A stretch of 64,000 nt of DNA, taken from NCBI GenBank assembly GCA_045597865.1, contig JAZLKX010000052.1, forward strand, positions 202,470 through 266,469, given 5' to 3'. The translations under genes and the position numbers were made by a program. The notes below the pieces were generated by a model, which worked only from the letters and a program-made list of their open reading frames with translations, had not been told where the DNA came from and did no database searches. The stretch comes from Bacilli bacterium (lineage in GTDB: Bacteria > Bacillota_I > Bacilli_A > RFN20 > CAG-826). The first letter of the stretch is position 1, and every line of letters starts with the position of its first letter. Below are positions 46,306 through 54,812 of the stretch, piece by piece.

Positions 46306-46908
46306 TTATTCAAGGAATCTGGAGATTCCTGATAGACCGTCTGTAGGATCGTCAATCGTATTGATGTTGTCAAAGTAGTCAAGGCCGCTAACCATTCGTT
46401 TTTCATTTTCACGGATTTGGTTCAAACTCAAGATGATACTGTTTGTAGCAAGCTGGGTAACAAAAGCAAAAGCACTCGTGCCACGAGATTCATCATAACG
46501 GTTAATGTAATTCAAAATACAGATAAGAGCGTCCTGAATAATATCATCAAGATCTTCTGGATTGCGTAATGATGTTCTTAGCTTGAATGAATTGATACGG
46601 CCATTGATAATCAATAGGAAGTATTCGCACATTTCATTCTTAATCTTTTCAAACTCAAGATCAAACTTTCGGCGTTCTTCCGGAGTAAATTCAGCGTATC
46701 GTTTTTGTAGAGCTTCAATGGTCTTAACTTTATTGACAATGAACTCTTTACCTAGCTTAAACTTTTCATCAGTTACCTTTTGGTTTAAATGCTTGTTGCT
46801 CAAGCGCTGCAAGTACGCTGCGCACCAGTCACCTTTATCGTTTATGTTAAGGTTATTGTATAGATTTATAACCTCCCTAAGTCTAGCATTATTTACATAA
46901 TCAGCCAT
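46306..46908 (-). CDS. gp55: late sigma factor, gp55-like
   Basis: YVNNARL, DDIIQDAL...LNYINRYD...SAFAFVTQLATNS parallels gp55; extended -10 TGTTATATT upstream (46939-46947, -). Confidence 0.78.
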   Translation of the reverse strand: MADYVNNARLREVINLYNNLNINDKGDWCAAYLQRLSNKHLNQKVTDEKFKLGKEFIVNKVKTIEALQKRYAEFTPEERRKFDLEFEKIKNEMCEYFLLIINGRINSFKLRTSLRNPEDLDDIIQDALICILNYINRYDESRGTSAFAFVTQLATNSIILSLNQIRENEKRMVSGLDYFDNINTIDDPTDGLSGISRFLE

Positions 46909-46946
46909 GATATATTTCTCCTAATTTTTCCTGTTTAAAATATAAC

Positions 46947-46974
46947 AAAAAATGGGATCTTGTACAGATCCCAT
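46947..46974 (-). terminator. intrinsic terminator
   Basis: ATGGGATCT-TGTAC-AGATCCCAT with T run on - strand. Confidence 0.7.
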
Positions 46975-46998
46975 GATTTTTTTCCGAAGTACTTAATG

Positions 46999-47895
46999 CT
47001 AATGTCCGTGGTATTTAGCCGAGTACTTGGACTGCATAGCAGCGGACTGAGCCTTGGCTTTTGCCTCTTGTTTCTGCATTTCCTCGTTTTCTTCCTTAAC
47101 CATGGCGTTAGTGACATCCTGAATCATTTCAAGTTCAGGCCATGACGTATCGTCTGGAATATAGCAGCCAACATACTTCGTTACACGCAGTATTACGTTG
47201 ATAATGTTACGAATGTTCATTTGACCAAAAAGACCATCATCAGTAATGACAAGTAACATATGATTATTGCGGCCACAGTTTTTACATGGGAAATCAAATT
47301 CCAAATTGAAACCAGCTTTATACTGACTGCAAATCGCCGATAAGTAAGCATAATCATAAGCATTTAGGTTCAATACATATTCAATTGGATTTTCCACGCG
47401 TAGCATACGGGCAATGAACTCAATCTCCTTGTCTTCATATACAAGGTCCAGATCTTTAACTGTTGCCATTTTTAAAGTTAGCACCTGTCTGCTTTTGGGT
47501 AGGAACACATCAGTTGGCGGCGCTGATAGCTGCAACACTGGAATATCGTCTAATAACAGTTTCTGCGTAAAAGTAGACCCACAGTTCTGACACTTGATGT
47601 TGAATGTATATCCATTTTCTTTCATAAATGAGTTTGCGCGTAGCCAGAATGCCAAGTATAGTCTATCGCATAATAACAAATCTTCAATTGGAAATGTCAT
47701 ATAGAAGCAACGGTCAATAATTTCATTGATAACTGCAGTCGCTGTATATTCATTCAATAGCGCCAGAAACTTAACATCCTGAACAGTTAGAAAGCGCCCC
47801 TTGATTACTGTGCCCTCAGGATATAGCAAGCCACGGCTTGGCAGATCATTCAGGTCAACCTTTAGATAATTGTATTTACTATCTTGCGTTAGCAA
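46999..47895 (-). CDS. second gp26-like baseplate hub assembly protein
   Basis: LPSRGLLYP, DRLYLAFWLRANS, CQNCG, LPKS, CKNCG; paralog of 17542-18369. Confidence 0.7.
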   Translation of the reverse strand: MLTQDSKYNYLKVDLNDLPSRGLLYPEGTVIKGRFLTVQDVKFLALLNEYTATAVINEIIDRCFYMTFPIEDLLLCDRLYLAFWLRANSFMKENGYTFNIKCQNCGSTFTQKLLLDDIPVLQLSAPPTDVFLPKSRQVLTLKMATVKDLDLVYEDKEIEFIARMLRVENPIEYVLNLNAYDYAYLSAICSQYKAGFNLEFDFPCKNCGRNNHMLLVITDDGLFGQMNIRNIINVILRVTKYVGCYIPDDTSWPELEMIQDVTNAMVKEENEEMQKQEAKAKAQSAAMQSKYSAKYHGH

Positions 47896-48541
47896 AGTTC
47901 ACTCCTATTGTCCCGACAAAAACACCGCCCGGACAGGCTACTGGTGTAACTGGAATTGGGTCACCTATTGCTGGTGTTGGCACAGGCGGTATTGACTTTA
48001 CTGCGTTCAACAATAAAGTGCTTTCTTGTTCTAGGAAGGATTCAGGCGTGATAGTGGCGGTTTCAGGGTCTTCTTTCATAGGCGCGCCCATTGCCTTGGC
48101 CCACGCAACTAATGCTCTTCCAGCCAGCTTAAAATGCGACGTAACCAAGGCTGGAATCCCCTGCCCACCAATCAATGCAGGAACAGCAATTACTTTACTA
48201 AAGTTCATCGCTATCTTCGTCCCCACCAAGTCAAACAAGTTCTCGAAGCTCTTTTCAGCGTCACCGCACCACATAGCACCCTTTACTTCCATCAAAGTAA
48301 AACGAAGCATCTTAGGTACGAAGTAGCCAGCCATCGGCACAGTATATGGAATAGTGACGCCTACGGGCGTAATGCAGTTTCCATTGACATCTAAGCACGG
48401 CTGCATAAGTGCAGTCTCCAGTTCCATCATCCATTCATTCAGCGCTTCCGTCGTAGCCTTCAAGTACCATTCATTATCATCTGAAATACTTTTCGGTGGA
48501 TTCAGATGTCTTTTCATATGATCGGCAAATGCCATATTCAC
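47879..48541 (-). CDS. hypothetical protein, 220 aa
   Basis: GAGG RBS; continues the - strand operon. Confidence 0.65.
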   Translation of the reverse strand: MNMAFADHMKRHLNPPKSISDDNEWYLKATTEALNEWMMELETALMQPCLDVNGNCITPVGVTIPYTVPMAGYFVPKMLRFTLMEVKGAMWCGDAEKSFENLFDLVGTKIAMNFSKVIAVPALIGGQGIPALVTSHFKLAGRALVAWAKAMGAPMKEDPETATITPESFLEQESTLLLNAVKSIPPVPTPAIGDPIPVTPVACPGGVFVGTIGVNFANAR

Positions 48542-48567
48542 CTCACTTCAAACAAATGTATATATTG

Positions 48568-49671
48568 CTAGTTCAGTCCAGCCCAGAAGTTCTGGTCCGT
48601 AATACCCATGCCAAACGGACTGTTACCACCAAAGTCAGCGTACATCGGCGGCGGCAAAGCGTCATCGTATCTTTTCGCCTCAACGACCTTCAAGCCATCA
48701 AGATCAACCTCCGGCTGAGTAAGACAGTAAGCAGCCCAGTACAAAGCACTAACAAGGTCGTCATGCTTACCTGCGGCGCCTTTGAATACCATCGGCGATA
48801 CTTCTTCAAATCTAGAAAGCTCGTCAATAGTATCGCTGTCAACCAATGTCAAGTGCCCCTTCTCAATCATTGTTTTCAAAATTTTACACGCATCAATTTT
48901 CGTATTTCTATCAGCTCGTGTACCCAAGTTCCCGTGTCTATCCGTACTTACCATATTTCCATCGCCAATGTCGTAGTACAAAGCATCAGCGACACTTCTA
49001 CCAATATCATTATTCTCAATGACATACAGCGCGTTATTGTACCATTCACTAATGCTATGAACAACTTCAGCAAAGTCCTCCGCTCGTATCGTATTTCTAC
49101 GATATACAGCAACTTGCTGATACTTATCCCTTCCAAATACTCGTATCACCTGAACAACAGAATAGTCACCTGCATTACCCATAGCGCTATCCACTCCCAT
49201 CACATACATCGCATTCTCGACAGGCTCCTCGTAGATATTCATATCATAACCATACTTGTACCCCACAGGATCCCTACTCGTCAATCCATCAATAATGTCA
49301 CCATCTATCAAAGTATCACTAGAACCAGCAAACTTACAGTTGTGCGAACTTACTTTATCAGTCAGATACTCCAGTCCTTCTACGTCTACCGGGGTATATA
49401 CCACATTTTCCCCTATATCAAACAATTCTCGTACAATAAAATTCCCACTCTCGTTATACAGTTTATCCCCTATATCTAAATCTTTCAATTCTTTCCATAT
49501 AACGCTTTTTATCCCATTGACCATTATCTCAATCTTTACTCTATGATCTTCACTCCCCTCCAATTCAAATGTATTATTGAAATCATCAGTATATAGCATT
49601 CTAATACATTTTGCTTGTTTTGTAGAAAATCCATTGAATTTTCTGAACCCTTTCGCAGTCAAAATCTCCAT
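48568..49671 (-). CDS. gp17: terminase large subunit, C-terminal (nuclease) half, preceded by a split-intein C-fragment
   Basis: After HN: CKFAGSSDTLI, IYEEP, YVMGVDSA.G..GDYS, YNNA...IENND.G, G.HDDLV are gp17 RNase H-like domain motifs; ATPase half absent. Confidence 0.92.
   Translation of the reverse strand: MEILTAKGFRKFNGFSTKQAKCIRMLYTDDFNNTFELEGSEDHRVKIEIMVNGIKSVIWKELKDLDIGDKLYNESGNFIVRELFDIGENVVYTPVDVEGLEYLTDKVSSHNCKFAGSSDTLIDGDIIDGLTSRDPVGYKYGYDMNIYEEPVENAMYVMGVDSAMGNAGDYSVVQVIRVFGRDKYQQVAVYRRNTIRAEDFAEVVHSISEWYNNALYVIENNDIGRSVADALYYDIGDGNMVSTDRHGNLGTRADRNTKIDACKILKTMIEKGHLTLVDSDTIDELSRFEEVSPMVFKGAAGKHDDLVSALYWAAYCLTQPEVDLDGLKVVEAKRYDDALPPPMYADFGGNSPFGMGITDQNFWAGLN
49339..49671 (-). 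mobile_element. atypically split intein, long C-fragment (111 aa)
   Basis: ILT..GF..F.G, block B SEDH, KDLDIGDKL, block F VYTPVDVE, block G SHN/C; no block A Cys1. Confidence 0.88.
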
Positions 49672-50110
49672 ATCTTATATTTTCCTTATATAAAAACAAA
49701 AAACACAATAGTCTATTGAACTATCGTTTCTCCGTTTTCTCACTTGTTCAATAAACCGTTACCTAGCTGTGCATTACTTGTACACACCTCGTACACATTG
49801 GGTTTGCTAAATGTACAACTATCTTTGTATTTATACCTATATACCACCTATGAAATGAATGAGCTATCTATCTGCTGCTTCTTAAACTATAGGGGTAATA
49901 AAGACTGCTGTATGTGCTTTTGAAACGCAGGGGTACTAAAGAGCTGCATTGCTTGCTTGGGTATCTATACGGCAACCGCAAAACATAATTTAGCTCCGAT
50001 GATGTCCTCGGAAGAGATCGGAAGCAGCACCGCGGAAAAAAATTCTTGTCAAGGGTAGACTGACGAAAAATATGAAAAAATGTCTTAAAATGCCGGTGAC
50101 GCCGTAAACT

Positions 50111-50199
50111 ATGAAAAAATATGAAATTTTTCCCTATATACCATTGCCAGACCGGCTGGAAATTGTTGTATTATAACTGTTGAAACAATAGAGGTTACT
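50111..50199 (+). promoter_or_regulatory. early promoter repeat, first of 11 complete copies
   Basis: A/T tracts-CC(A/C)TTG(A/C)CA-17 bp-TATATT-TTACTCGTAAAAC-GAGG; -35 boxes at 50144, 50655, 52172, 53205, 54755, 57636, 59072, 60087, 60791, 63468, 63877 and a truncated copy at 63994. Confidence 0.88.
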
Positions 50200-50448
50200 A
50201 TGATATTTGAAATCAACTTCACCAATGAAATTTCCTTTGAAAAGGGCTGGACTGAACTTGAAATGCTTTGCTCTCAGTTGATGGGCGACATGAAGCTCGC
50301 CAAGGGCGTTGCGCATTTCGCTATTGTTGAACTGGAAGAAATTGACGACACTGTCGCTTTGATGAAGACTTTGAAGGAAATGGCAAATAAGAATATTCAC
50401 TGGCAGTTGACCGCTAACTGGTGGAATAACACTGACGAGGAGGGCTAG
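50200..50448 (+). CDS. early hypothetical protein
   Basis: Directly behind promoter repeat, GAGG RBS. Confidence 0.75.
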   Translation: MIFEINFTNEISFEKGWTELEMLCSQLMGDMKLAKGVAHFAIVELEEIDDTVALMKTLKEMANKNIHWQLTANWWNNTDEEG

Positions 50449-50713
50449 AACTATGTTTCTTTTCGTAATATCCGTTGGTTGGATTTGTATGGGTCTTTTT
50501 GCTTTAAGTTGTCCAAATCCTACTTTACAAAAAATGACAGTCTAATTTGCTTGCTATTCTATTGATTGAATGTGGATGTATTGGTGCCGGTATTGCTCTG
50601 TTCAATCTAGTCCAATAGTTTATGGAAAAATATGAAATTTTTCCCTATATACCATTTACAAGATCGGCAAAAGATGTTATATTTGAATTGTTGAAATAAT
50701 TGAGGTACTGAAC

Positions 50714-50878
50714 ATGACTGTTAAGGAATTGCTTGAAAAACTGAAGAATGCGCCTGAAGACGCTGAGGTCACGATTGGATATGCTCATTTAGGTTATAGA
50801 ACCACTAAGGATGTTGAGGATGTTGCCTTTTATGAACGTCACAACGTTGTTAATCTTATGACAAAGGGTTACAAGTAG
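50714..50878 (+). CDS. small early protein, 54 aa (not in ORF track)
   Basis: MTVKELLEKLKNAPEDAEV.. common phage small-protein start; promoter and GAGG RBS. Confidence 0.75.
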   Translation: MTVKELLEKLKNAPEDAEVTIGYAHLGYRTTKDVEDVAFYERHNVVNLMTKGYK

Positions 50879-50914
50879 GAGTTTTGAACTTATCAAAGAA
50901 CTGGAAGCTCGAAA

Positions 50915-51133
50915 ATGAAAAACTCAAAATCTGAATATGCATATTATTACGTCGCGTATACTGTCAACGAATATGGTAAGTTAGCCATCGTGCCTAAGTA
51001 TTTTCATACAGTTGATGCCGCTAAAGAAGAAATGAAATTGCACAGTAATTTCTATGAAGAAAAGGGAACAGGCTTTATCTATGGGGTTAAGTTTACGGTT
51101 CCTGTAGAAACTGTTTGTGTGTTTCAAAAATAA
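50915..51133 (+). CDS. hypothetical protein, 72 aa
   Basis: ORF in early operon. Confidence 0.6.
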   Translation: MKNSKSEYAYYYVAYTVNEYGKLAIVPKYFHTVDAAKEEMKLHSNFYEEKGTGFIYGVKFTVPVETVCVFQK

Positions 51134-51144
51134 GACATAAAACT

Positions 51145-51483
51145 ATGAAGAACAACAAGAAAGATAGGTTTGAACATCATTTGATGGAATATAACCGTAA
51201 GAAAATGCAACTACATCAGCGTTATCAAGCCGATGAAATTACTACTGAAGAATGGCTCGTTCTTTTAAAAGAATTACAGAATGAATACGGCGTTAATAGT
51301 ACAGGTAAAGACTATGTGAATTTCTGTAAGTGGTTACGTCTGATCGGCCATAGTAATCATGGAAAGTGTAATATCAAGAACGATCGCAATCGTCGAGTTG
51401 TTGGCTACAAGAAAATGGTCAAAAACAAAAAGCAGAAAGATTTTGACAAGGTTGAAAAGAAACTCCAGGAAGAAGAGGACTAG
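51145..51483 (+). CDS. basic hypothetical protein
   Basis: ATG 51145 avoids overlap with the previous gene. Confidence 0.6.
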   Translation: MKNNKKDRFEHHLMEYNRKKMQLHQRYQADEITTEEWLVLLKELQNEYGVNSTGKDYVNFCKWLRLIGHSNHGKCNIKNDRNRRVVGYKKMVKNKKQKDFDKVEKKLQEEED

Positions 51484-51488
51484 AACTT

Positions 51489-51863
51489 ATGGCTGCAAAT
51501 AATCCTACATATTTAAACAAAATTCAAAATGGTACTGTAAATCTTATTCAGCAACAAGGAATTTCATATATCATTTATTCTTTCAAAACAGCTGATCCCT
51601 CCGAAGATTGGCCGTATCGCTGGAATAAACGTAATAAGAATTTTGACTGGTGCGAAATGTCTTTGACTTATAATCAAGTAAATAAAGATATGGCTGCAGC
51701 TTTGGCTCAAGATCCAGATTGTCAGATAATTGCATTTGACCCGTATTACTATCTTGTTGTACGTGATAAGATTGAAACAGACTGCTACAATGCAAATAAT
51801 CCTGGAGCAAACCAATCTTACATGTATCGTGAAAATAACGATCCCAATTTTAACTATATGTAA
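51489..51863 (+). CDS. hypothetical protein, 124 aa
   Basis: GAGGA RBS. Confidence 0.65.
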   Translation: MAANNPTYLNKIQNGTVNLIQQQGISYIIYSFKTADPSEDWPYRWNKRNKNFDWCEMSLTYNQVNKDMAAALAQDPDCQIIAFDPYYYLVVRDKIETDCYNANNPGANQSYMYRENNDPNFNYM

Positions 51864-51877
51864 AAGGATTAGAACGT

Positions 51878-52135
51878 ATGACTACGCATGAAGAACATCT
51901 AATAGAGCTCTTTGAGAAGTCTGAAAAGGAATCTATTCCTGGAACAGCGTATTTTGAAGCATTGACTGACTTTGCTGAAATCTGTTTCAATACAGCAAAA
52001 GCTGAAGGTAAAGAACTTACCATTGCAGATATTCATTCATATATCCACGCAGCGTACCGTGTAGGTTTTGAGCGCGGATATAAGGCTGGACGCGAATACG
52101 AGCAGGAACTGAAGAAACTTGATGCTGAAGACTAA
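51878..52135 (+). CDS. hypothetical protein, 85 aa
   Basis: AAGGA RBS; AYRVGFERGYKAG motif. Confidence 0.65.
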   Translation: MTTHEEHLIELFEKSEKESIPGTAYFEALTDFAEICFNTAKAEGKELTIADIHSYIHAAYRVGFERGYKAGREYEQELKKLDAED

Positions 52136-52238
52136 AAAAAATGAACTTTTTCATTTTTTCCTTATATACCATTGACAAGTTCTTTTGAAATAGTTATATT
52201 TTACTCGTAAAACAAAATAAACAACAACTGAGGATTTT

Positions 52239-52583
52239 ATGGGTACCTGCAACTTCGCCCGTCACATTGTACGCCGCCAGAATAGCCGTGGCGCCACTGT
52301 CTATGCCCATTGGTACAACTTTCTGCGTTATATCGCTGATCATCCGAACTGCACGCGTAAGAGCTGCAGTGACGCTTGTAAACCGGTTAGCTGGTACGAT
52401 CAGTGGGCCACCAACACCTGGAGCGAAATGGTAAAGCAGGGGTTCATTAAGAAAGAACGCTGTGGCCGCAACTTCACGTACAGTATCACTCGCGAAGGCT
52501 TGACGCTGCTTGATGAATGTGGTATGAAGGATTATGACAGACAGCACCCTAAGACAGGTGAAATCGTATATGCTCTTTTGTAA
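52239..52583 (+). CDS. putative winged-helix DNA-binding protein
   Basis: SEMVKQGFIKKER....TYSITREG wing pattern; first gene behind promoter. Confidence 0.55.
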   Translation: MGTCNFARHIVRRQNSRGATVYAHWYNFLRYIADHPNCTRKSCSDACKPVSWYDQWATNTWSEMVKQGFIKKERCGRNFTYSITREGLTLLDECGMKDYDRQHPKTGEIVYALL

Positions 52584-53127
52584 AGAAAAATCCATTGACG
52601 AGGTACTTATGGAATTTGCACGAATGAAGCGTGCTATTGATATTGCTCAGGCCGTAGCGACACAGTTCAACTGGGAACCGGTTATCTCATACTCCAGTGA
52701 TAGCAACAGCGTAAAACAGGTGATTTTGTTCAACCTCAATGGTTGTCCAGAAATCAAGGAATTGCTGACAGAAGCTCGTAGCCTGGCTAGCGGCATGAAC
52801 ACTGAACGTAAAGTCAATGGCAATTATACCGTGCTTTCAATTTGTCCTGATGACGGCGACTTCAAGATCTCTGAGCTGATCGTAACGAAAGACGCTGCTG
52901 TGAAGATGTTCATTGAAAAGTCGCTGGGCCTTGACCCGGGTGATGTGCTGTGTGACTCTAAGTGGTCAAAATGGACTCAAAAGACTGACGCTGAAATTAT
53001 TGAATATATGAAGCAGCAGATCGGTAATTTACGCGATATCTTCCAGATTGCGAACAAGGTCGCTAAAAAGGTCCGTAAGGAAATTGACATCCAGTTTGAA
53101 AGTTTCGCCGGCTGGAAGGCAAAATAG
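52534..53127 (+). CDS. hypothetical protein (start uncertain)
   Basis: 197-aa ORF with early-type codon usage. Confidence 0.65.
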   Translation: MTDSTLRQVKSYMLFCKEKSIDEVLMEFARMKRAIDIAQAVATQFNWEPVISYSSDSNSVKQVILFNLNGCPEIKELLTEARSLASGMNTERKVNGNYTVLSICPDDGDFKISELIVTKDAAVKMFIEKSLGLDPGDVLCDSKWSKWTQKTDAEIIEYMKQQIGNLRDIFQIANKVAKKVRKEIDIQFESFAGWKAK

Positions 53128-53313
53128 GCAACTGCTTAAATTTCATTAAAACAGGCAAATATGAAAAAATATGAAAAAAATTTCAGTTTTTTCACAATAT
53201 ACCATTGCCAAGCTTTGAAATAGTTGTTATATTTTACTCGTAAAACAAAAACAACGCCGCGCTGCGGCAAGCTGGCGCCCCTTGCGCCACCCACTTAACT
53301 GAGGTAATCCGAT

Positions 53314-54540
53314 ATGAATATCGCTGATACTGTTGAAATGCTCAAGGACTTCCCCGCTGAACTCACCCCGATGATCCGTGGCGTACACGGCACTGGTAAG
53401 ACTGAAGTTATCCGTATGATCTCCAAGGATATCTGGGGCATGCGCTGCGTTGAATTGCAGGGCTCCCAGCTCTCCGACGTAGGTGACCTGATTGGCCTCC
53501 AGAAGATTATTGAATTTGAGGAAGAAGAAGAAGTCGTCGGCGAAGACGGCAAGGTGACCAAGGTCACTGTTAAGCGCCAGGAAACCCGCTGGATTCCGCC
53601 TTACTGGTTCCCGAAGGACGGCAAGGCTATCACCCTGTTCCTGGACGAATTGAACCGTGCTGCACCTCCTATCAAGCGTGCTATGATGCAGATCGGTAAC
53701 GACCACAAGATCTTGAACTTCACCCTTCCGGAAGGCAGCCGCGTCATTGTCGCCTGCAACCCGGACAATGAAGGTGACTACGATGTTGAAGAATTTGACG
53801 ACGCTGAAAACGACCGTTACTGGCACATGGAGTTCACCCCGTCTTTTGAGGAATGGGAAACTCACATGCGTAAGCTCGGTGCACTGGATTGGATCGTCAC
53901 CTACTTCGCAAAGCACCCCGATGACCTGGACCCGTATGCAGCCAACAAGGAGAACAAGATCCGCGGTGGCGCCAGCAACGCCTCCGGTATCATTGAACCG
54001 GCTAAGCAGAGCCGCCGTTCTGCAACTCGCTTTGACAAAGTTGTGAGGGCCAAGCTTGAGGCTAACCCGAGCGCCTTTGAAGGCACCCATGGTCTGGCAA
54101 TGCTCCAGATGCTCGCTGCTGGTTACTTCGGCAGCGCCATTGCCAAGAAGATCAAGGACTGGTACATTGAAAACGGCCAGGGTCTGAAGCCGAGCGACTT
54201 CATCATCGGCAGTTGGAAGAAGAACAAGGGTGAAATTGAGAAGATGGCCAAGTCCGTTCTCAATACCCTGCAGTTCGGTAAGGGTATCTGCGCCGAGCTC
54301 GACCGCCTTGAGAAGGCAGGTAAATTCGTCAAGGGTGGCCAGGCCACTGACCTGGCAAAGACCTGCGCCGAAAACTGGGAAAAGTTCCTCACCACTATTC
54401 CGGTGGAAACTGCTGCCCGTATTCACGGCACCGCGGTCCAGGCTGCCCGCAACAACAAGGAGAACTGGGTTCCGGTTATCTCCCACGTGAATACCAAGGT
54501 CCGCGACCTGTACCTTGACCTCGCTGACATGGACGTGTAA
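53314..54540 (+). CDS. MoxR-like AAA+ ATPase
   Basis: Walker A GVHGTGKT, DLIGL, PPYWFP, Walker B LFLDELNRA, ACNP, DR. Confidence 0.9.
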   Translation: MNIADTVEMLKDFPAELTPMIRGVHGTGKTEVIRMISKDIWGMRCVELQGSQLSDVGDLIGLQKIIEFEEEEEVVGEDGKVTKVTVKRQETRWIPPYWFPKDGKAITLFLDELNRAAPPIKRAMMQIGNDHKILNFTLPEGSRVIVACNPDNEGDYDVEEFDDAENDRYWHMEFTPSFEEWETHMRKLGALDWIVTYFAKHPDDLDPYAANKENKIRGGASNASGIIEPAKQSRRSATRFDKVVRAKLEANPSAFEGTHGLAMLQMLAAGYFGSAIAKKIKDWYIENGQGLKPSDFIIGSWKKNKGEIEKMAKSVLNTLQFGKGICAELDRLEKAGKFVKGGQATDLAKTCAENWEKFLTTIPVETAARIHGTAVQAARNNKENWVPVISHVNTKVRDLYLDLADMDV

Positions 54541-54581
54541 AAGCGTCCAGCGGGGTTTCCCCTTTAATCAATACCTCAGTT

Positions 54582-54612
54582 GGGGGCGCCGGTAAAACGG
54601 CGTCCCTTTTTG
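54582..54612 (+). terminator. intrinsic terminator
   Basis: GGGGCGCCG-GTAAAA-CGGCGTCCC followed by TTTTT. Confidence 0.8.
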
Positions 54613-54631
54613 TGTAATTAGCAGCAGATTT

Positions 54632-54716
54632 ATTACAGTTTTTTACATTAAACCTCTGTGGTTGTGTTGTTCTAACTGGCGCTGTATAATTGCCTGAATG
54701 GCGCCGGTATTACAGT
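54632..54716 (+). repeat. 85-bp ATTACAGT-bounded element (also 58942-59026 and 63338-63422)
   Basis: ATTACAGT pairs 77 bp apart in all three copies, enclosing TTGTGT-17-TATAAT. Confidence 0.8.
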
Positions 54717-54812
54717 TTTTTGAAAAAAATTTCATATTTTTTTTGATAAATCCATTGAAGACGGCTCAAATAGTTATTATATTTTACTCGTAAAATTGAA
54801 ATAGAGGTTTTT

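Noticed and set aside
48496-49479. 327-aa + strand ORF antisense to the terminase
   Set aside because: No RBS or recognisable motifs; the G-poor strand depletes TAG/TGA stops, so it is a likely shadow ORF
50452-50617. Possible frameshifted small membrane gene
   Set aside because: Two short hydrophobic frames but no convincing slippery site; too short to support
53227-54486. 419-aa antisense ORF over MoxR (similarly 15839-16546, 55221-55976, 60819-61487)
   Set aside because: Mirror frames of strongly codon-biased genes
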